Positions 34,562 to 46,547 of a DNA stretch of 64,000 bases are shown here, piece after piece (positions within the stretch are counted from its first letter, which is position 1; every line of letters starts with the position of its first letter). The position numbers and the translations under genes are program-made. The notes beneath the pieces were generated by a model. It ran no database searches. It saw only the letters and a program-made list of their open reading frames with translations, and was not told the origin of the DNA. Source of the stretch: Sphaerodactylus townsendi (taxonomy: Eukaryota); NCBI RefSeq assembly GCF_021028975.2, contig NC_059430.1, positions 99,200,001 through 99,264,000 on the forward strand. Reading direction: 5' to 3'.

Positions 34562-34830
34562 AGCAGAAGCCCCCTTTCCCTATGGATGTGTGGGATCAAT
34601 CTGAAGCAAGGTTGTGCAAATCTGGGAACTAAATTCTCAGCAGGGGAATTACAAGTGCACATTTGACAGTCTTCGTGACTGACCCAGAACTGGCTCGAGG
34701 ATTGTAGAGGCTGATACAATTTATATTTTCTTTTATATTTGAAACAAATGTTTTTCTTTTACAATTTAGCTGTCAGGGGAAATCTAGAGGGTAGAGGAAG
34801 AAACGTTAAGCCTTTAAAGCCTTAATTCAA

Positions 34831-35129
34831 AGCAGCAGTGGCGTAGTGGTTAAGAGCAGGTGCACTCTAGTCTGGAGGAACCGGGTTTGATTCCCCACTC
34901 TGCCACTTGAGTGTGGAGGCTTATCTGGGGAATTCAGATTAGCCTGGGCACTCCCACACAAGCCAGCTGGGTGACCTTGGGCTAGTCACAGTTCTTCGGT
35001 GCTCTCTCAGCCCCACCCACCTCACAGGGTGTTTTGTTGGGGGAGGGGAAGGGGAAGGAGTTTGTAAGCCCCTTTGAGTCTCCTACAGGAGAGAAAGGGG
35101 GGGTATAAATCCAAACTCTTCTTCTTCTT
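34831..35129 (+). mobile_element. young Squam3-like SINE
   Basis: Full length with (TCT)n tail and AAAGCA repeated at both ends. Confidence 0.88.
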
Positions 35130-36368
35130 AAAAGCACACACAAACCAGATAGACTCTGCTGTGTTACGTTTCTTGAGCATTCTGCTAACCTATTATTCCA
35201 ACAATTTAGAGGTAGCTGAATTTCCCCCCCTGTGTTCATACAAACAGCTTGGAGTTGGCATTTCCAGGGGAAGATGGCCAGGGCGGAAGAGGTTAAATTT
35301 CCCTCTCCTTCCCCATGCTTTTCTCCTCCTTGATAAATATCCCAGCAGTTAAATTTGCAGAAGGGAAAAAATATTTTAAATAAACCATAATAGGTCTTTG
35401 AGCCTCAAGGCTGAAATCATGTGTGCTGGTAGGTTGCAATGTGATTTTAACTCTACCTCCTGATTTTCTTTTCTGTTTCCCCCACCATTACAGCTGCAGT
35501 GGGAGAACAGCTAAAAAGGGCTTTCAGCAGCCCATGTGAATGCCGCCAAATTTATATTCTAACCATAGTCTATAGTTTTTAACCCTTGCATTTCCGAACA
35601 GTACAATGCAAAACACCCTTCACAATTCCCGCCTCTCTTTCTTGTCCAAATTGCACTCGTAAAGTTTCATTTTCAGTTGTCTTGTTAATGCCAAAGGAAA
35701 GTATTTTTTTCACCTCCCATCTGCTAAGTGAGAGAGAAGTTAATTGAATCAGAGCTCTAAATAACTCACTTGCCCATGGTAATAATATTTCTCAATTTGG
35801 TTTTACAAGCAGAAGGATCTGCAATCTGCAGTTGGAATTGTGGAATTAAAGGTTACCAGGTTTATTAACTTCCACTCTGAGCGTCCTGTGCCCCTAAAAA
35901 GATAGGGAAAAAGCTCTACCACAGTGTTTCCAGTGATTCTAGGAACTACTCTGTGTCAATTCAAGGTTTTACCCAGAAGTGGCGTAGTGACATTTTTTTG
36001 TTTTTGGAGCAGTGGTGGACAGCAGGTGTGAGGGAAGGCAAAGGAGATTCTCCAATCTCCCTGAGGGAATGGGACCCCTAACTTGGTGCCACGAAGGGGG
36101 ACCATCAGTCTGAATACATGGCAAAAGTACCATTTTGATTTGTTGTTCTCTCTTGGAACATGTAATTCTTGGAAACAGCCCTTTGCCCTCATGTGCCAAT
36201 GAAAATGCAGTAGAGGCAAAGGGACAAGAACTTGAGCCCGTGAAAGTGCCCATTGTGATGCTTAATTCATTCCCCCCTCCTCCTAGGTCTGAAACTTTCC
36301 AGGAAACACTTTGACCAGGGGACCTCTTTCCAGAGACATCCTTTTCAAGCCACTGTCCCCATCAATGA

Positions 36369-36700
36369 GGAGCAGCAGTGGCGCAGGAGGTTAAGAGCTC
36401 GTGTATCTAATCTGGAGGAACCGGGTTTGATTCCCAGCTCTGCTGCTTGAGTTGTGGAGGTTTATCTGGGGAATTCAGATTAGCCTGTACACTCCCACAC
36501 ATGCCAGCTGGGTGACCTTGGGCTAGTCACAGCTTCTCGGAGCTCTCTCAGCCCCACCTACCTCACGGGGTGTTTGTTGTGAGGGGGGAAGGGCAAGGAG
36601 ATTGTAAGCCCCTTTGAGTCTCCTGCAGGAGAGAAAGGGGGGATATAAATCCAAACTCCTCCTCCTCCTCCTCCTCCTCCTCTTCTTCTTCTTCTTCTTC

Positions 36701-36738
<38 letters not shown>
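36369..36738 (+). mobile_element. young Squam3-like SINE with compound (CCT)n(CTT)n(CAT)n tail
   Basis: Full-length copy with a microsatellite at 36656-36738. Confidence 0.88.
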
Positions 36739-37291
36739 TTGGCGGTGCACCAAATCAATTGTTTCCATTCAATGGGCAAAATATGTTTTATTGAGTGAGC
36801 CACTACAAAATCCAGGCAAATTATAACTACTGACAGAGAAGCGAGGGCACAATTCCCCTTCCCGCAGCCTTTAATTCACTTCTCCTACTCAAATATTTTG
36901 CTGCAATTAAGAAAAAAGAAAAACACATCTAGAGACATTACAAGTGCACCTCCTTTATTTTGAAGGTTCTCCTCTTGAACTGGGAGGATTTGGAATGTAG
37001 GTCTCTCTTAGGTATTTTTGCCATAGGTTTCCAGCTAATCCTAAAGCTACCTCTTGTCTCTTCTGAGTTGCAAATTGACAGCACACAACTATTCTTCCTA
37101 TATAATTGAGCAGTGTGTTGCCAACAATGAACCAGAAAAAGTGACAGACTCTGGGAGATGTAGTCCAGAGGGTGCCATTTCTCATGTATAGAGGACTGGT
37201 ATGATTACAGTTCCCAGACTCACTCAACCAGTAACCCCTCTGGGGTCCTCACAGGGCTATCCTATTCCTTGCCTGAGCCAACTCTCTAGTA

Positions 37292-37437
37292 CAGTGGTGG
37301 CGAACCTTTGGCACTTCAGATGTTATGGACTACAATTCCCACCAGCCCCTGCCAGCATGGCCAATTGGCCATGCTGGGAGGGGCTGATGGGAATTGTAGT
37401 CCATAACATCTGGAGTGCCAAAGGTTCGCCACCACGG
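37292..37437. mobile_element. palindromic hAT MITE (same family as 4322)
   Basis: Near-perfect palindrome with perfect TSD CTCTAGTA. Confidence 0.92.
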
Positions 37438-37728
37438 CTCTAGTAGGTGTCCTGTCACGGATGTCCTATCTGTTGCCCAAACCAACTCTCATGTAAAACA
37501 GCAGTGAGTCTGATGCCAGGGGACAGGACAGAACAGGGCACCCTGCCCCAAGCTGTTTGGGTGGGAGGGAGAAGGCATCACCACACCCAGCTGAAGTGAT
37601 GAGTGAGGGACTGTGGGGGAGAGAGGTCTCACCACACCCACCCAGAGCACTGCAGGCAAGCGACAAAGAATTGGGCAGGGATGGGGGGGAGATAGAAAGA
37701 GAGAGTAGGGACACAAAGAGAATGAGTG

Positions 37729-38278
37729 TGTAACCCCCATGCCCAGAATGGGTTGGCCCAGAATGGGTTGACCCAGTAAGGGGTGGAGACTTGGAGCAGC
37801 AGAGAGGCTGAAAGAGCTCTTTTGCATAAGAACAAGGCTACCAGACTCGGACCTTGATTTCTATAAGCCCTTAACACCTTGTTAAGGTAATTTCAATATT
37901 GTTGGGAACTACTGGGAAGGTAGTTGTTGTTTTGCTGTGTTGTAAATGTTGGAGTTTATTGTTTCAGGGTTTTCTTTTGTGGTTGTAATGGGTGAGAGTT
38001 CTCCTGGAGACCTTCATCATGTTGCAACCTGTTCATCAAGCCCTTGGAGTCTTCAGGAGCCAGCCAACTTGCAAAGAAGAATTGGACTTGGCAATATCAG
38101 TAGACTGTAAATAGAAGAACTTGAAATGCAACCTGAACAGGACCTTGAATTGTAACGTTAAATGTTGATGTTTTAAAAGTGTTAATTGTAAAGAAAAGTA
38201 AACCATTTTGTTGTTTAAAAATTGTTGTTGCAACTCATTCCAAGTACTGCCCCACAGAACCCACAAGCTGAGGTTACA
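37729..38278. mobile_element. solo LTR (Gypsy- or ERV-type)
   Basis: TGTAAC...GTTACA ends with 4-bp TSD AGTG. Homologous to 41199-41722. Confidence 0.88.
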
Positions 38279-39582
38279 AGTGCAGAAAGAAAAAGAGATA
38301 GTTAGGATAGGTGGCCTGAAGGAGAGAACGAAAGCTGAGGTAGAGTGGCAGAAATATAGAGAATAGAGAGTTGGCATGGGAAGAGAGAGCTGGAATAAGT
38401 GGGGCAGACAGAGGTGATAGGGTGTAGAAAGAGAGTTTGGATAGCAGGGCAGAAAGAGAAAGAAAGAGCTGGGGTAGGAGGCCAGAAAGAAAGTGAGGGT
38501 AGCAAGTAGAAGTGGTGGAGCTATATGCTGTACCACAGTAGGCAATGACTGAGCCAACAAAATTTAGGGGCCATTGTAGCCTAAGATGAATGTCTCAATA
38601 CTTCTTTTTGTTTTGGTCTGAAATCACAGATGTGACTTGCACATGCCCTTACCAGTTTTTGCTTGACTTCTTAATTATATTGGTTTGTTCCTTCTCTTCA
38701 CACACAGTATCATTTTCTGGCTGTTCTTCTCTCAGTTTTTCTTTGCATTTTTCCCATGGTGTTTTTTGTTTGTCTGTCTGTTTAATTTGTTTATGGGGGG
38801 AAAAAACAATGCAGTAGAAGCTGCACTTCAGCAAAACTCAAGAGAAGAGAAATCCTTTATTTCCACTTCCAGGAGAAATAAGACACAAATCAAAGAGATC
38901 TAAGGGTTCTCCTGAATTGGGAACATGACTGTAAAGAAACAGAGGACCACTGAGAACCGTGGGATGGAAAGAACAGACAAGAATGCAATCTGATATCAAC
39001 TCTGTGATTAAGAATGACTGGAAAGTGTGTTCCATGCCTCTGTAGACTTTGGCAGGCTATGAATGGACAATACAGATACAGTCAAACTGATTGTGTTACA
39101 GGAAATCCAAAATCCACATCTTTGTTATGGGGTTTTCTTTGTTGCTTTGAAGGAGTCTCATTTGAAGAGTATTAATTTGACTGGGGAAATAGCTTTTGAG
39201 GAAAGTGTACATAGCCACCTCCTCATCACAGCGTTTCAAAAAAAACCCTGCTCCTTTGACAGATTTGATTGGTATGCTATTTGCCTCCATGCCGTGAAAA
39301 GCTTCAATTGCCCACTGCTCCACGTTAAAGAGGCAAGACTTTTTTTTCCTCTCCAGGTTGTTGGGCCACCTGTATGAATTCACCACTCCCAACCACAGCT
39401 GTCCCTGCTCACTCTCAGCCTTTGGGAGTGTGGGGATGGATCAGAATGTCTATAAATTGTATTTGATCAAGAAATATGGAAGCTGTATGAACCAAAGAAT
39501 TGAAGAATCAAACTGGGTGCTTCTGTATAAGACACCAGTAAGACTGCTTGTTTGCAGTAGGTCAAAAGGAATGTTAGAAGTT

Positions 39583-40198
39583 TGTTAGTGATTATGCAGG
39601 CAAGCAAAGATAACATTTTTAAGATCTTGTCACTAAAGGCCAACGTGACAGCAGACATATATTTATAACTTTGGTTTTTGGGTTAGAATAGCTACATGAA
39701 TGTGATTAGTTAAATTAATAAGTGTTTTTCTATATAATGTTAAATGAACACAGAAATGATAATGAGAGATTCACATGTATTTGTATTTCACTATAATTCT
39801 ATAATTGTTAGAATGGTTTGTATAATCTTTTAAAAGTTTAAAATCATGTTTTAACATTTTAAACTGGGAATTGAAGGGAAGTTTTATGATCTCAAAGAAT
39901 GTAGATTCAGACCTGCATGCCATAAGGGATATATCTCTCTCTGGATCATGTACGTAGTTATGGGGATGAACTGTATGACGTTTGTATTTTTGTGTCTATA
40001 AAATTGGTCCTTTTGTATGAAGTGGGTGTGCCTCTTACTTAAGGGAACACCCTGGTCAGATACTTATGCTGTCCAGTAAACTTATCTTCTGTTTCAAAAC
40101 TGCTTCTTGGGTGTTTTCTAACTTAGTCTTAAACTAATTCAGCTGTGTAGGACCAGAGACGCGGTCCTGGCCCCACAGGAGGCTCAGACAGAAGAACA
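39583..40198 (+). mobile_element. possible solo LTR
   Basis: TGTT...AACA ends, TATAAA near 39998 and AGTAAA near 40075. No TSD found. Confidence 0.35.
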
Positions 40199-41198
40199 GT
40201 TCACTCTGTTGAGGTGTAACGACTCGCCACTTCCCTCTTGGGTCCGCTTTCTGGAAGGTTTGCACACACAAGCACTGGATCCAAACACCACATCCTTAAA
40301 GCAGCCCAAAGTTTATTCAAGGAAATGTATCAAACCTCTCCATCCAGCAACAGACAACAATTTGAAACGATTAAAGAGAACATGCCAAGGAAAATTATAA
40401 CAAAATCAAAACAAGCCTTGAACGAGGCACCAGCAGAAGGAGCAAAACATAAACTCCCATAACGGACCCTCCCTTGCTGCTTATCTTCTTTCTTTCCCAG
40501 CTGTTCTTAAGATTTATTTTTAATGCCCAGCAACGGTCAGGCAAATCCGCGTTAGCCGCTGATTACCGTTCTCAGCTGTTGTCAGTTAAACAAGAAATTT
40601 ACTATGTTGACACCCTTCAGTTCACAGGAATTAGTTCAACAACTAAAGACAGTGTCTTCATACACCACCCTACACGCACCCTACAGCCTTTCTCTTGTCT
40701 CAACCCCGCCACCCTCAACTGAAACTGTTAACACCTGTGATGGAAAGAGAATTAATATAAATGCTCTATCTACTTTCCCCATAAAGGGCTCACAGCATCT
40801 GGAAACAGCACCTAGATCAGGAAAAGAGGGCAAGAAGGAAATAATGCCTCTTATTTAAAATAGCACATTCCAACAATCTCATGTAGCTACTTTGAAGTTT
40901 AAATAAGTTGGATTTTCCATGATTTTCCATGATCCCCCCCCCCCTCCTATCTGGTAGGGCTTGGTGAGGAGATGCGGGGGGGGGGGGAGAACTTGGGGAA
41001 AGGAGCCTCAGGAGGATATAATGCTATAGCATTCACTCTCCAAGACAGCCATTTTCCACAAAGGAACTGATCCTTGTAATTCAGGGGGATCTCCAAGTCC
41101 AGCCTGAAGGTTAACGACCCAACACACAACCTACACTTCTGTAGAACAAATGAAGGGCTGTTAGACTGTCCACTGTGCCTGATGACTCAGGATGCTTG

Positions 41199-41722
41199 TG
41201 TAACCCCTGTGTTCAGAAAGGGATGACCCAGAAAGGGGTGGAGACTGAAAGCATCAGAAGGCTTCAGAGCTCATGAAGTTGGAGGAAGCAAGGCTACCGG
41301 GCTGGGACCTTGATAGATTATCATAAGCTCTTAACACCTTATTTAAGGTAACTGCAATGTTATTGGGAACTAGTGGGAAGGGAGATATTTAATTTGGCTA
41401 TATTGTAAATGTTAGAATTTATTTTTTCAGGGCTGTGTGTGTGTGTAATTGGTGAGAGTTCTTTTGGAGACCTTTATCATCTCAAATCCAGCTCATCAAG
41501 CATCTGGAGTCTTCATGAGCAGGAAGAAATGAACTTGGCATTATCAGACTGTAATAAGAGGGACTTGAAATGAAACTTAAACAGGACCTTGAATTGTTAT
41601 GTTAAATGTTAATGTTTGATCAGTGTTATATGTTAAGGAAAAGGAAACAGTTTTGTTTAAAATTTAGTTGTTGCAAACTCCTTCCATGTTCTGCCCCACA
41701 GAACCCATAAGCTGAGGTTACA
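41199..41722. mobile_element. solo LTR (same family as 37729)
   Basis: TGTAAC...GTTACA ends with 4-bp TSD CTTG. Confidence 0.88.
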
Positions 41723-44700
41723 CTTGCAAATGATCCCTAACTATTCTGAGCCACCTATCCCATTCCTGCCAAACTATTTATGCCATAAGCAGTCAAAGAC
41801 AAGGCCAAATTTTGACACACCCTGAAACATTACAAAGCAGGTGAAAATGGTCCCCCATCAGCCAATCATGGAAAACCACAAATATTCCCCCATGGACCAG
41901 CAATGACCCACTAATCCCATGATGCTCCATGGGAAGGTGGGTAGGTCAGCAGCACATTGCCAAAGTTTGTGTTGGAGTGGCTGAGCTCACTTATAAAGCC
42001 GCCTTCCCCCTCCACTATTTGGATCCTTACCAGCCCTGCCAATCAAATCATGTGCCTCATTGGAAAGGCAAAAGGGCCAGAGAAACTCCATCCCTGGCTC
42101 TAACAGCCGTGAATGCATTTCTCATCAGGAGACTCAATGTGGAGCCTTCACTTCTCTTCACCTGTTCAGCCATATCGAATATTTACAAGGAAACATTTCA
42201 CAGCATGTTTTACTGTGCTTCCTCAAATCCAATGGGCCATTCCTTTGCTGAGGAAGCAGAGCATTAAGAAACCCACAAGCCAGGTGATGGCCCCTTTCAT
42301 TTATTTTCCATTAAGAATAGAAAAGATCAATTTTTACACAAAATCTATTCTGGAGAGGGGAAGCAGGGGAACTAATGGCCTGATATACAGTTCTGAAAAC
42401 AAAACCTCCCTTGCCATTTGCAGTACATACCTACACTGAAAGACACATAAAATCCAGATTTCAGACTCAGGAATCCCACACTCTGATCCTAGAATTCATT
42501 ATAAAAATGGGTGACATGGAATGTTCACAAACATTTTGTGTGTGAGATTAAACAGGTGGGCCACTTAGGTTACATTACTGTGATGAGTTTTATGAAGGCT
42601 CTCTTTGAAATCTGTCCCATACTTGCAGTTGGTCTGAAAGGAGCCAGCCATAGTTCTCCTTAAGCTAAAATTTAGGAAGATTGAAAATACAATACAGATA
42701 TCACTTCCAGGACAATAAAGGAACAGGACTGGGGGATCCTGCTTAAGCCTCCAACATTTCCCATTCCATGCTCATCTGTGAACATATGGCAAGCAGTGGC
42801 AACACCCTAAGGGAAGAATTTAAGATGGAGAATCTACAAGCATCCCCAATGCCCAGAAAACACGGTCCAGTTTCGGAACCCTGATCAATTGGGACAATGA
42901 GGACAATGAGAAACTGGAAGAGAAGACCACAGTGTTGTGAAGTGTTCAGAGCGTTGGACTGGAATCTAGGACCACCTAGGTTCAGATCTCTGTTCTGCCA
43001 TGGAATCTCGCTGGATGAAGTTGGGCCAGTCATACACTCTCAACCTAAGCAACCTCACAGGGCTGTTGTTGTGAGAATAAAATGGAGGAGAAGAGAACCA
43101 TGGGTCCCCACTACAGAGAAAGACAGTATAAACCAAGTGAATAAATATACCACAGTTGGATGGGCAGGGTTGACAAGCGCCCCATCTCTGTCTTGGGATG
43201 AAGCCTAGCAGTTAAGGGATGGGGCCTCAAGCAAGAGAGACTGGAGGGATGGGTAAAGACTGACCGAACTTGACAGGAATGGTATCAAGTAGCTGAGGGT
43301 TGGGGCCTGGCTGTGCCGTGTAGCTGAAGGGGAGTACTTATTAAGAGGAGGAAAAATTATTCCTTTGGTTTGTTCCACTCTCCACATTTGAGACTTCTCT
43401 CGAGAGAGAGAAGGCCAGAATTTCTTCTAGAACATACTAGTTAAGGCTACGGTCCTTGATTAGAAGTGTCCAGCTCCCCACAGCTTCTGTTATGGTTAAA
43501 AAGGGTTTGGGGAAATCGAGGCATATCTCCAGTGTGTGGTTTTGAACCAGGACCCTCAGAAGAAGCTAAAATCATGAAACTTCCGTGCCAGGCAGACACC
43601 TATAAGTAAAACAGCAGAGCTAAATAATGGGGAAAGAAATAGAAAGAAATGTGTCAAACAGCAGCACCGGATGGGGAAACAAAAGGATGACAGAATTATC
43701 CTCAACACCCTCTCTGTCTGAGAAGGGCACTGGGGAGGGGGAAATGGGAGTTGGCAAAGTGCGCTTTGAAAGCAAGCCGTTTGATAGGCAGGGAAGCAAA
43801 GGTCTCTGGGTAACTTTGCATATCTAATTGGTCTCAGTTCAGAGTCCAGCCGTCAAAAGCCTGCACCACTCTCGCTTTTTAATGAGACATTTTCATACTT
43901 TAACACTTCATTACATCCATAGCCAAGGAAATTCAAGACCAATTTTTCAATGCATGTGTCAGGCTGGCCTTTGCTCTCACCCTCTCACCTGAGGGTTTCC
44001 ATCCACCTGAGGGATGTGGGGCCTCTCCCCACGACAGAAGCTTAGAAAAGCAGAACCCACGAGGGAATCTGTGGAGAACACACACCACACAGTCGTATCA
44101 CTTGCTGAGGGTTCCACAAATACCACCTCTGCGGAAGCCCAGCTAGTGTCTGTCTCAGCCTATCCTGAGCACTGAAGGCCATTCCAAATGATGGATGATT
44201 CCTTCCCGGACTGTCAGGAAAACGTTAAAAATTTGCATATTCGTTTATTACGAATAGCTGGTTGGTTGTGACTTCTTGACAGACTGTTACCAGACCAATC
44301 CATGGAGGACTGAGGGAACCCTACTTTTAAGACAGCAGTGTCTTTACTCATCCTGCCAACCCTCTGCATTGGCTAGTGTACCCACAAGGACACAGAAAAA
44401 TCTGTCTGAACGTGCCCTCAGCCGTATCTGTCATAAAAAATACCTATCTTTCACCCTTCTTGAAGGGATTAAGAGAGCACAATGACCCTGCCATAGAGAG
44501 CATTCCCATCTCCAACCACGGACTATGCAAAGGATTTGTTAATGTCTTTGCCCCGAGTGGTCCTGCCAAGTGTTGTATTAACCCAAGAACTTGTTCCTTT
44601 GACTAATTTCTCTAATGACCACCTCATTTACATTGTCATTGTTATAGAAAATGTAATTTTATCAGTTTCCTCCCACCTTCAGGCATTCCCAAGCTCGACC

Positions 44701-45043
44701 CGTTAAACTAATGCCTCAACCATCAGATTAATGACTCAAACCACTAAGGTTAATGTCTGTCTCTTGTCTTTCCCCAGAAAGGCAAGACTTCTCTTTGTCC
44801 TGGGAGATTAAGGATCACCCTACATAAGCCTGAGGGTCCCCTTTTCACTATAAGAAGTCCCCTCTCGCAGTAGCTAATGTTCAGTATTTCTGGACACTTC
44901 CCTGTTTGTTGATATCATTCCACAGCATGTTGTTTTTTTACCAGAGCTAAGCACAGGCCACTCAGCTCTGTTCATTGGTGACTATAACCATTACTCCCCA
45001 ATTCGCTTAATCCATTCCAAACCTATCCACTCAAAACTGCTTA

Positions 45044-45292
45044 CCATGTTTTCCCGAAAATAAGACAGGGTCTTATATTAATTTTTGCTCCAAAAGATAC
45101 GTTAGGGCTTATTTTCAGGGGATGTCTTATTTTTTTCCATGATTTTGCGTGACCAGATCAGCTGCGCCGGGGAATCTGTAACTAGGGCTTATTTTCAGAG
45201 TAGGGCTTATATTTCAAGCATCCTCTAAAAATCCCAAAAAAATCATGCTAGGGCTTATTTTCAGGGTAGGTCTTATTTTGGGGGAAACAGGG
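45044..45292. mobile_element. Tc2/pogo-type MITE
   Basis: TIR CCATGTTTTCCCGAAAATAAGAC/GTCTTATTTTGGGGGAAACAGGG, TA at the left end, internal TAGGGCTTATTTTC repeats. Confidence 0.8.
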
Positions 45293-45399
45293 CATATCCT
45301 AGGTGTGTTTTGCTCCTTTGATTATTATGCGCTTGTTTACACTTATTATCCCTAAATAAACTTGTTAAACTTCATTCACTCTTCTGTAGAATTTCTTGA

Positions 45400-45589
45400 N
45401 NNNNNNNNNNNNNNNNNNNNNNNNNNNNNNNNNNNNNNNNNNNNNNNNNNNNNNNNNNNNNNNNNNNNNNNNNNNNNNNNNNNNNNNNNNNNNNNNNNNN
45501 NNNNNNNNNNNNNNNNNNNNNNNNNNNNNNNNNNNNNNNNNNNNNNNNNNNNNNNNNNNNNNNNNNNNNNNNNNNNNNNNNNNNNNNNN
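45400..45589. other. assembly gap (N run)
   Basis: Run of Ns. Confidence 1.
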
Positions 45590-45895
45590 CGTAGGGCTCA
45601 GGGCGGCAACAACTCAAAATCCACGTACCATAATAAATAACCAACAACACAGCAATTAAAACATCAAAAACCAACCACAGATGGCGAAAAAATCCCCCTC
45701 CCTTACTGCACCCCTGGGAGGCCCATGATAGACATGGTCAGGCCAGCTGGCTCGATGGAAACGCCTGGTGGAAAAGCTCAGTCTTACAGGCCCTGCAGGC
45801 CTCATTCAAGTCTCGCAGGGCCCAGATCTCACTGGGGTTCTTATTCCACCAGGTAGGGGCCAGGGCTGAAAAACCCTTGTAGAAGCCAACCAGAC
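45590..45895 (-). mobile_element. L2 LINE 3' fragment
   Basis: Minus-strand translation reads FSALAPTWWNKNPSEIWALRDL..RACKTELFHQAF, and the tail contains GCCGCCCTGAG. Confidence 0.78.
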
Positions 45896-46296
45896 ATCCT
45901 TTGGGTATAGGTAGGCAACAAACACTCCAAGCTTGCCCATCCTTTTGCCAAGCCAAAAGTCTGGTCTCGCTAATTCTTTATTCTAAAGGGAGAGTCTCCC
46001 ACTATTTTGGGTAACAACACTGTCAGGGTAAAGAAATGCCCAGGGGACACAAAGGCCCAGGAGCGAGGTGGGATGGAGATGCAGAGTTTGGATTTTAGGA
46101 CTTGCAGTTCACAAAGAAACATTTTGCCAGTTCCATTGCTTTTTAATTGATGTCTATCGCATCCTTCTGCAAACAAGATCCTGTCCCCCACTTAATACAA
46201 ACAACATTCTTATCAGATAGATTTATGGTGGAAGAGGGGGTGTGACTGAATTCAGTTCAGCTACTGAGATTAAAGGCAGAGCAAGAATACAGGTCT

Positions 46297-46547
46297 CTGG
46301 GGTGCTGTGTGGTTTCCGGGCTGTATGGCCGAGTTCTAGCAGCATTCTCTCCTGACGTTTCACCTGCATCTGGGGCTGGCATCTTCAGAGGATCTGATGT
46401 CTATCCCATCCTTCTGCAAAAGATGCCAGCCACAGATGCAGGCGAAATGTCAGGAGAGAATGCTGCTAGAACTCAGCCATACAGCCCGGAAATCACACAG
46501 CACCCCAGTGATTCCAGCCGTGAAAGCCTTCGACAATACAGGTCTCT
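46297..46547. mobile_element. Penelope-like element remnant: inverted pseudo-LTR pair
   Basis: 89-bp inverted arms (46297-46385 and 46420-46508), terminus GTGAAAGCCTTCGACAATAC, and a 13-bp flanking duplication AATACAGGTCTCT. Confidence 0.82.
46350..46392 (-). ncRNA. minimal type I hammerhead ribozyme motif
   Basis: The minus strand reads UCCU-CUGAAGA-U-GCC..GGU-GAAA-CGUC-AGGA: core boxes, stems I and II, and palindromic ACGU in place of stem III. Confidence 0.65.

Noticed and set aside
38036-38560. 174-aa minus-strand ORF (similarly 7763-8254, 32073-32555, 50849-51340, 59294-59812)
   Set aside because: Low-complexity or repeat-spanning frames with no recognisable homology.
37729-41722. One provirus bounded by the two TGTAAC LTRs
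   Set aside because: Each LTR has its own different TSD, and no retroviral coding sequence lies between them.
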